A DNA stretch of 6,087 nt, from NCBI GenBank assembly GCA_001179505.1, contig CDMY01001020.1:1-6087 (forward strand), given 5' to 3'. Each line of letters begins with the position of its first letter. Within the stretch, counting starts at the first letter, position 1. The position numbers and the translations under genes were made by a program. Positions 1-5,747 of the stretch are shown here, in pieces. This DNA is from Vitrella brassicaformis CCMP3155. Taxonomy: Eukaryota > Protista > Chromerida. The notes below the pieces were generated by a model, which saw only the letters and a list, made by a program, of their open reading frames with translations, did not search any database and was not told the DNA's origin.

Positions 1-423
1 GTGTCATTAGGTAGCACAGAGAGAAGCCCCGACTCATCCACAAACTCCCTCAGCGCCCCGGCGTCTTGCTGGCACGAAGCGCACTCTCGAAGTTCCGTCA
101 GGTTCTCGAGCGGCATGATACGAAAGGCGTACTCGAGGGCGCCCGACGGTGTGATCTGCGAAGAACGTAAGCCACACGTGCAAATGAAATGAAGAACGTC
201 TTACCCATGCATGTCAGGCAGACAGGCAGCATGCCCTGTAACTGCTTACGGTGTGCTGTGACTGAAACTCGGGCCTGCGTGACAGTAGCTCCCACTTTTC
301 GGTCGTGTGCCATGTTGCAGGGATGCTGCTGTTCGTCGTGTTGAGAGTTGGATCTGCTGCAGCGGCATAGAAGGCGGCAAGCACCAACAGATGCCGAAGC
401 CAGCAGCCTTCATGCAGCCTCAT
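1..423 (-). CDS. 5' part of a putative secreted/membrane protein of unknown function (partial, continues off the left edge); exons 423-250 and 155-<1
   Basis: ATG at 423 gives MRLHEGCWLRHLLVLAAFYAAAA|DPTLNTTNSS..., a signal-peptide-like n/h/c pattern. A phase-0 intron 249-156 (94 nt, ACC|GTAAGC...TTCTTCGCAG|ATC) keeps the frame open to the edge: ...QSQHT|ITPSGALEYAFRIMPLENLTELRECASCQQDAGALREFVDESGLLSVLPND. It has N-x-S/T sequons (NTT, NSS, NLT) and one CxxC. No family recognised. Confidence 0.75.
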
Positions 424-1352
424 CACCTCCTTAGATCGGCACAAGGGATGTGTCACAGACCAAACCGTTTCACAGCATACACCAAGCGATGCTCTGCATA
501 TCCCAGCAGAAGTGAGCCATCTTGGGTGAGGAACTTGCCTGGGTTGACTTTGTCCATTTGAGTGTCTGTAGCTCGTTGTTATCAAGTTGTGTCTCGCTTC
601 CGGACCTCCGCACCTGGCGTCTGAAACGGGTGTTTTCCCATGATGGACTAATTGTGACTCTCAACCCAGGGACGAATGCATGTGGGCACGGATGCCTCGG
701 GCTGTTAACTTCCATCGCCGAATAGGCCATACCACATTTTTTTTCTCTATGAAACGGGCGGCGAAGTTCCTCTAAGCATCAGTTCGTATCAAGCAAGCGA
801 AGGGAAACATTACATGCAGAAACAATGGACAATGTTCATTGACTGCGAGAACATGTTGCACACTGCAAACAAGCGTGAGACATGCAGCGTGACATTCAGG
901 TGTCCTCCTTTTTATGTTTCGGTCTGCTCGCATGCCTGCACGCGCGCCAGCCCCAAGTTGCCGGCAAAAAACTCATAAGCCACCTTATTGCGGCTGTATG
1001 AATGTCAACCCTGTCCTACCAACGCATACACAGAAAGTGCGCACCATCAGCTTGACTCGTCGCAACGCACATGCATCAGGATACACGAACGTATCGCAGT
1101 GCAGACTGGACCGGGGCCAGAACCATGCAAAATAATAGATGCTGCACACACATGCGAACCAGTAAGCCAGCCAGCCTCTCGCGCGCTTCTTCCGCTGCAC
1201 CCCCACCCCCGTGTGACAACACACACATATAGAGAGGGACGGAGCGTGAGTACAAGAAAAAATACACTTGCTGACATCAAAATCACGGCATGACCGTACA
1301 ACTGACTAATACACCGTACTAACTGACTAATTGATCATAGATTGAGCGGCCA

Positions 1353-1382
1353 AGACAGATAGACAGACAGACAGACAGGCAG
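1353..1382. repeat. (AGAC)n tetranucleotide microsatellite, imperfect
   Basis: AGAC AGAT AGAC AGAC AGAC AGAC AGGC AG. Confidence 0.9.
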
Positions 1383-1531
1383 GTATGAACCGTACGAAGA
1401 CTGGCAGGTACACCGCCACACACATCTGCATGTATATCCCTCCCTGCACGCACTCCCTCTTGGCCTTCCCTCCAGAATTTTGGAGGCAGCCATGGCATTG
1501 CACTGATGAGCAATGACTTATATATATGCCT

Positions 1532-2689
1532 TCATTCATCACCATCACCGCCATCCCCCCCGTCACTGCCCCCATCCCCATTATCCTCACCAGCTGGCCC
1601 ACTGTCGCGCCCGAAACCACCACCTCCTCCGTCATCTCGGCCGCCGACACCACCACCGCCACCTCCCCGGCTGTCATCCCGCCCTCTGTCATCGTGTCCT
1701 ACGCTGGAACCTCCACGGTCGTTGTCTCTCAGGCCGGAGCCACTTCCACTCTCGCTGTCCTGTGTTGGAGGCAACACACCTTGCCACGTGTTCTCATCTG
1801 GCCTGCCAATTGTTGACCGCAAAAGATGATCGACGAGCACACTCTGTGATTGGGTGCATGCACTTACGGGTCATCTGCCTCAGGAGGGTCGTCGACGTCC
1901 CTGAGACTCCCTGAGACCACCGAGGTCACATCAACATTCACACGATGCGTGGGTCGTCAGAAGGAAGCGTATGCTTACTGGTCGTTGGGGTCCACAAGGA
2001 CATTGCTGTTCCCAGGGACACTCCTGGGGTCCACAAGGACACCGCTGTTCTCAGGGACACCCCTGAAACCACGAGAGACATCAGTCACACCATGGCTGGG
2101 TCAGAAGCTAGTCATTAGCCAAGTAGGAAGTGAACGCTTACAGGTCCCCATTAGACGGTGGTACCACTTCGCTGTTGCCGTTTGGGTTCCCAGAGCTGCC
2201 GGTGGTGCTGCCGGTGGTGCTGCCGGTGGTGCTGGTGCTAGCTGCTGAAAGAAACACACGACCGCTTCGGCGACGCATGCTATCGTTCTCTTGTCATTTT
2301 GCGCACCTGAGTCCCATCGACTGCAACCCAAGCCCGTCGAGTAGGCTGGAGTCGAGGCTGAGCTTGAACTGTCGGTGCCGTTGAATATGCCAGTCAACCG
2401 ATCCATTTCCTCGTCCGTCAGCACGGACTGCAGCTTTCGCCGCTGATCCCCGTCTCCTTGATTCATCACGGCACCTCGGCCGCCATCGGTCAATCGCTCC
2501 TCCTGCACTGCGCGGAGACGACGGCGCTGGTCCAAGCAGACAGACAGAACACAGAACACGCAGACGATGCGTGACTGACTGTCTGCCTTGAGTGCGGCTG
2601 ACTGACCTGCTTGACGTCACCACTTCCGGCGGCCGCTGTGCTCGCTGCGCAGCAAAAGAGAAAGACCGCATAAGCCGCACCGGTGTCAT
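1532..2689 (-). CDS. Six-exon low-complexity Gly/Asp/Ser/Thr-rich protein (~260 aa), probably secreted; 5' end unresolved (apparent frameshift near 2670)
   Basis: Exons on the minus strand: ~2690/2689-2607, 2526-2307, 2244-2142, 2062-1979, 1900-1868, 1802-1532. Introns are 80, 62, 79, 78 and 65 nt, all GT-AG (GTCAGT, GTGCGC, GTAAGC, GTAAGC, GTAAGT donors). Their phases (0,1,2,2,2) chain into one open frame: ...AVFLFCCAASTAAAGSGDVKQ|RRRLRAVQEE...RRKLQSVLTDEEMDRLTGIFNG...WDS|AASTSTTGSTTGSTTGSSGNPNG...GD|LGVPENSGVLVDPRSVPGNSNVLVDPND|QDVDDPPEADD|PPDENTWQGVLPP...GGDGGDGDE*, with TGA at 1534-1532. Confidence 0.8.
1986..2063 (-). repeat. 2 x 39-bp coding tandem repeat (GVPENSGVLVDPR / SVPGNSNVLVDPN)
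   Basis: Units 1986-2024 and 2025-2063 are 35/39 identical and make up nearly all of exon 2062-1979. Confidence 0.95.
2195..2234 (-). repeat. 3.3 x 12-bp perfect coding repeat (STTG)n
   Basis: GCTGCCGGTGGT x3 plus GCTG on the + strand, read as S-T-T-G repeats on the minus strand. Confidence 0.95.
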
Positions 2690-2747
2690 CCTGCCTTGAT
2701 TTGGGACTCGCTGTGTGACACCACGCAAAGATCTGATCGTGTGCTTG

Positions 2748-2757
2748 GTGATCTGTC
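2748..2757 (+). repeat. 10-bp direct repeat GTGATCTGTC, left boundary of the duplicated block
   Basis: Identical 10-mer at 5738-5747; its first 6 nt (GTGATC) are the last called bases before the gap (4104-4109). Confidence 0.8.
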
Positions 2758-2906
2758 GTGAGGGGAGGAGACAGGCAGAAGACAAGCTCTCTCTTCGATC
2801 TCGGCACTCCCCATTAGCGGTTTCATGCAACACCCTACCCCATTCAAGGCTTTAGGGCAACAATGTTTCAGTCTGTCTTCCTCACTGTCTTCCGAGGAAC
2901 ACAACT

Positions 2907-2972
2907 ACCGCGTCTAGCGCCTTCAGTCTACCTCTCTTGCGTCTAACCGCGTCTGTGCCTTCAGTCTACCTC
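2907..2972 (+). repeat. Imperfect 27-28-bp direct repeat just upstream of the RING-gene ATG (also at 4525-4590 in copy 2)
   Basis: ACCGCGTCTAGCGCCTTCAGTCTACCTC (2907-2934) and ACCGCGTCTGTGCCTTCAGTCTACCTC (2946-2972). Confidence 0.9.
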
Positions 2973-2983
2973 GCTCCTCTAGC

Positions 2984-3899
2984 ATGGTGATGTCATTCCT
3001 GCTGCTCGTGTTCTACCTCGTGGGAGCATTTGCTCGTCTGGCCATTCAGGTGCGTGTGTACGCTTCCCTTGCCTCTGACCGACACGCAGATGACACCGTG
3101 TGGTGTGTGTTTATGTGACAGCTGGCCCTGATGGTGATAATCAACTGGTCTCCTCTCGGACCCTCGTCGTGGCCATCGGGCTGGGCACTGCGGAAGGGCC
3201 TAATCATCGCGTCATATCTCGGCCTCTGCTTGGTTGTCATCATGATAGCACCACTCGTGTTTGTAGCCTTCGCTCTCGCGTGTGGATCATTCATCGGCCT
3301 CGGGTTCTTGCTGTTCGTGTGGTCATGGCGCAGCAGTGCCAATGCCTCTGAAAATCGTGCGGCTGGTACGCGAAAGGGACAGAGGGAGTACTGTCATGCC
3401 TGAGCTTACGAGCTCTCTGTTGTCCTTTGATCCGTGCGCTGCAGGTCGTCAGCCTGTCACGCAACAAGCGTCCACTCGCCCGTCTGCTACACGCCTCGCG
3501 CCTGTCCTCCCAGCCCCCCTGATGGACGACGGCAATGCCCGCACAGGCCCTCACGACCTATGTAAGCAGGAAAACAGCTGCCTTGTGTGGGTCACTGCAC
3601 AAGCTGCATGTTTATCGTTTCTTATAACAGGTGCGATATGCTCGAACGCTTTCAGTGACGTGTCGCCGCGCTCCCAGCTGGTCCGCACACCGTACCCGTG
3701 CTGCCTCACCAACGTGTGCGGTGACTGCTCGGCAAAATGTCGCGAGACGTCCTCGCTCTGCCCATTCTGTCGCACGGACCTTTCCCCGTTCGAACGCACA
3801 GCATGCCAGTTCCTTGAGGACGCGGGCAGGCGAAGAAAGCGCTGGGGGTGGTTTCGGAGGCTTTCGCTGCGACGGTCTCGAAGGTGTGGGGGGACATAG
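2984..3899 (+). CDS. Membrane-anchored RING-finger protein (putative E3 ubiquitin ligase), copy 1, 231 aa; exons 2984-3049, 3122-3365, 3445-3561, 3631-3899
   Basis: ATG 2984 is the first in-frame Met after TAG at 2915. Three GT-AG introns (72, 79, 69 nt; phases 0,1,1) join into one frame. The N-terminal ~90 aa hold 2-3 hydrophobic helices (MVMSFLLLVFYLVGAFARLAIQLALMVIINW; LIIASYLGLCLVVIMIAPLVFVAFALACGSFIGLGFLLFVWSW), followed by a P/A/T linker and CAIC-x19-CC-x4-C-x2-C-x10-CPFCR. The extreme C-terminus is uncertain (see findings). Confidence 0.85.
3561..3770 (+). other. RING-like zinc finger, Cys-only (C4C4-type), copy 1; first Cys codon split by intron 3 (T3561|GT3631-3632)
   Basis: Spliced peptide CAICSNAFSDVSPRSQLVRTPYPCCLTNVCGDCSAKCRETSSLCPFC(RTDL) has CxxC at both ends, a central CCxxxxCxxC and the canonical RING CPxCR terminus. 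Confidence 0.8.
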
Positions 3900-4109
3900 A
3901 GAGATACCCGTGCGCTTCCGTGTTGTTGCTTACGGGAGTACTGACTGCTCTCGTCCATTCGCTTAGATCTGTTATCTTGCTGTACGTGTGCGTGACATAC
4001 ATCCGCACACAGGGATGCTGTTTACTGTCCCGTGTGTGCCGAAAGAGGTGCATGTCGGTGTGTACGTGTCCGGAGTAGGTGGTTTTCTTTTTCCCTTTTC
4101 AAAGTGATC

Positions 4110-4409
4110 NNNNNNNNNNNNNNNNNNNNNNNNNNNNNNNNNNNNNNNNNNNNNNNNNNNNNNNNNNNNNNNNNNNNNNNNNNNNNNNNNNNNNNNNNNN
4201 NNNNNNNNNNNNNNNNNNNNNNNNNNNNNNNNNNNNNNNNNNNNNNNNNNNNNNNNNNNNNNNNNNNNNNNNNNNNNNNNNNNNNNNNNNNNNNNNNNNN
4301 NNNNNNNNNNNNNNNNNNNNNNNNNNNNNNNNNNNNNNNNNNNNNNNNNNNNNNNNNNNNNNNNNNNNNNNNNNNNNNNNNNNNNNNNNNNNNNNNNNNN
4401 NNNNNNNNN
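4110..4409. other. Assembly gap (300 N)
   Basis: A run of exactly 300 N between the two duplicated copies. The round number suggests an estimated or nominal size. Confidence 1.
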
Positions 4410-4601
4410 TCTTCGATCTCGGCACTCCCCATTAGCGGTTTCATGCAACACCCTACCCCATTCAAGGCTTTAGGGCAACAATGTTTCAGTCTGTCTTCCT
4501 CACTGTCTTCCGAGGAACACAACTACCGCGTCTAGCGCCTTCAGTCTACCTCTCTTGCGTCTAACCGCGTCTGTGCCTTCAGTCTACCTCGCTCTTCTAG
4601 C

Positions 4602-5533
4602 ATGGTGATGTCATTCCTGCTGCTCGTGTTCTACCTCGTGGGAGCATTTGCTCGTCTGGCCATTCAGGTGCGTCTGTACGCTTCCCTTGCCTCTGACCGA
4701 CACGCAGATGACACTGTGCGGTGTGTGTTCATGTGATAGCTGGCCCTGATGGTGATAATCAACTGGTCACCTCTCGGCCCTTCGTCTTGGCCATCGGGCT
4801 GGGCACTGCGGAAGGGCCTAATCATCGCGTCATATCTCGGCCTCTGCTTGGTTGTCATCATGATAGCACCACTCGTGTTTGTAGCCTTCGCTCTCGCGTG
4901 CGGATCATTCATCGGTCTCGGGTTCTTGCTGTTCGTGTGGTCGTGGCGCAGCAGTGCCAATGCCTCTGAAAATCGTGCCGCTGGTACGCGGGAGGTCCAG
5001 AGGAAGTACTGTCATGCCTGAGCTTACGAGCTCTCTGTTGTCCTTTGATGTGTACGCTGCAGGTCGTCAGCCTGTCACGCAACAAGCGTCCACTCGCCCG
5101 TCTGCTACACGCGCCGCGCCTGTCCTCCCAGCCCCCCTGATGGACGACTGCAATGCGCACACGGGCCCTCACGACCTATGTAAGCAGGAAAACAGCTGCC
5201 TTGTGTGGGTCACTGGACAAACATGCATGTTTGTCGTTTTGTCGTTCTTTCTCTTGTCGTCCAGGTGCCATCTGCTCGAACGCTTTCAGTGACGTGTCGC
5301 CGCGCTCCCAGCTGGTCCGCACACCGTACCCGTGCTGCCTCACCAACGTGTGCGGTGACTGCTCGGCAAAATGTCGCGAGACGTCCTCGCTCTGCCCATT
5401 CTGTCGCACGGACCTTTCCCGGTTCGAACGCACAGCATGCCAGTTCCTTGAGGACGCGGGCAGGCGAAGAAAGCGCTGGGGGTGGTTTCGGAGGCTTTCG
5501 CTGCGACGGTCTCGAAGGTGTGGGGGGACATAG
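4602..5533 (+). CDS. Membrane-anchored RING-finger protein, copy 2, 231 aa; exons 4602-4667, 4740-4983, 5063-5179, 5265-5533
   Basis: Same exon structure as copy 1 (introns 72, 79, 85 nt), with all splice sites retained (TAG, CAG, CAG acceptors). The frame is intact, with 4 amino-acid differences from copy 1 and an identical RING core. Confidence 0.85.
5179..5404 (+). other. RING-like zinc finger, Cys-only, copy 2
   Basis: Identical peptide to copy 1. The only two nucleotide changes in the domain (GCG>GCC, ATA>ATC) are synonymous. Confidence 0.8.
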
Positions 5534-5737
5534 AGAGATAGCCGTGCGCTTCCGTGTTGTTACTTACGGGAGTACTGACTGCTCTCGTCCATTCGCTTAG
5601 ACCTGTTATCTTGCTGTACGTGTGCGTGACATACATCCGCACACAGGGATGCTGTTTACTGTCCCGTGTGTGCCGAAGGAGGTGCATGTCGGTGTGTACG
5701 TGTCCGGAGTAGGTGGTTTTCTTTTTCCCTTTTCAAA

Positions 5738-5747
5738 GTGATCTGTC
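5738..5747 (+). repeat. 10-bp direct repeat GTGATCTGTC, right boundary of the duplicated block
   Basis: Identical to 2748-2757. The flanks diverge immediately on both sides (TTG/GTGAGG versus AAA/CAGCTG). Confidence 0.8.

Larger units (their letters stand above)
2690..2983. promoter_or_regulatory. Short head-to-head intergenic region, probable bidirectional promoter plus 5' UTRs
   Basis: 294 bp separate divergent ATGs (2689 on minus, 2984 on plus). This is positional inference only; no specific motif was recognised. Confidence 0.45.
2792..4109 (+). repeat. Tandem segmental duplication, copy 1 (visible extent)
   Basis: Aligns colinearly with 4410-5743 at offset 1618 before intron 3 and 1634 after it (net 16-bp indel in intron 3). 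Homology runs right up to the N gap. Confidence 0.97.
4410..5743 (+). repeat. Tandem segmental duplication, copy 2 (visible extent)
   Basis: Starts at the first base after the gap (TCTTCGATCTCGG = 2792) and matches copy 1 through ...TTTTCAAAGTGATC. Confidence 0.97.

Noticed and set aside
914-1301. Several 60-100 aa ORFs on both strands in the intergenic region
   Set aside because: They have no recognisable motifs, no consistent splice-phase chain, and translate AC/GT-rich simple sequence.
1506-1914. Plus-strand Pro-rich, His-rich and Thr-rich ORFs (1506-1829, 1513-1914, 1526-1816), including a poly-His-like stretch
   Set aside because: They are antisense shadows of the Gly/Asp-rich last exon of the minus-strand gene, whose splice sites and phases all fit the minus strand.
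1897-2058. 10-bp inverted repeat GTCCCTGAGA (1897-1906) / TCTCAGGGAC (2049-2058) overlapping a splice acceptor
   Set aside because: It is too short and does not extend, so it is compatible with chance in GC-rich, repetitive sequence.
1986-2063. Short spaced repeats (here, and at 2907-2972 and 1293-1331) as CRISPR-like arrays
   Set aside because: Each has only two units with no unique equal-length spacers, the context is eukaryotic, and this one is coding.
1850-2248. 132-aa plus-strand ORF ending in GGAAGGAAGGAGASC
   Set aside because: It is antisense to three exons and their introns; the repeat reads as STTG in the spliced minus-strand frame.
3780-3850. Programmed -1 ribosomal frameshift into the hydrophobic alternative frame
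   Set aside because: There is no in-frame X XXY YYZ slippery heptamer with A/U. TTTCCCC at 3781 is out of phase and followed by a -1-frame TGA at 3815.
3046-4053. Minus-strand ORFs 3046-3342, 3291-3554, 3551-3958, 3706-4053 and their copy-2 equivalents
   Set aside because: They are antisense to the RING gene, and the substitution pattern between copies is synonymous in the plus-strand frame.
3972-4535. Long ORFs spanning 3972-4535
   Set aside because: Artefacts of translating through the 300-N gap.
2748-5747. 10-bp flanking repeat as the target-site duplication of a MULE/Pack-MULE-like element
   Set aside because: There are no terminal inverted repeats (GTGAGGGGAGGAG... versus the reverse complement of the right end, TTTGAAAAGGGAAAAAG...) and no transposase. 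The 10-mer also appears partially at the internal junction, which fits tandem duplication better.
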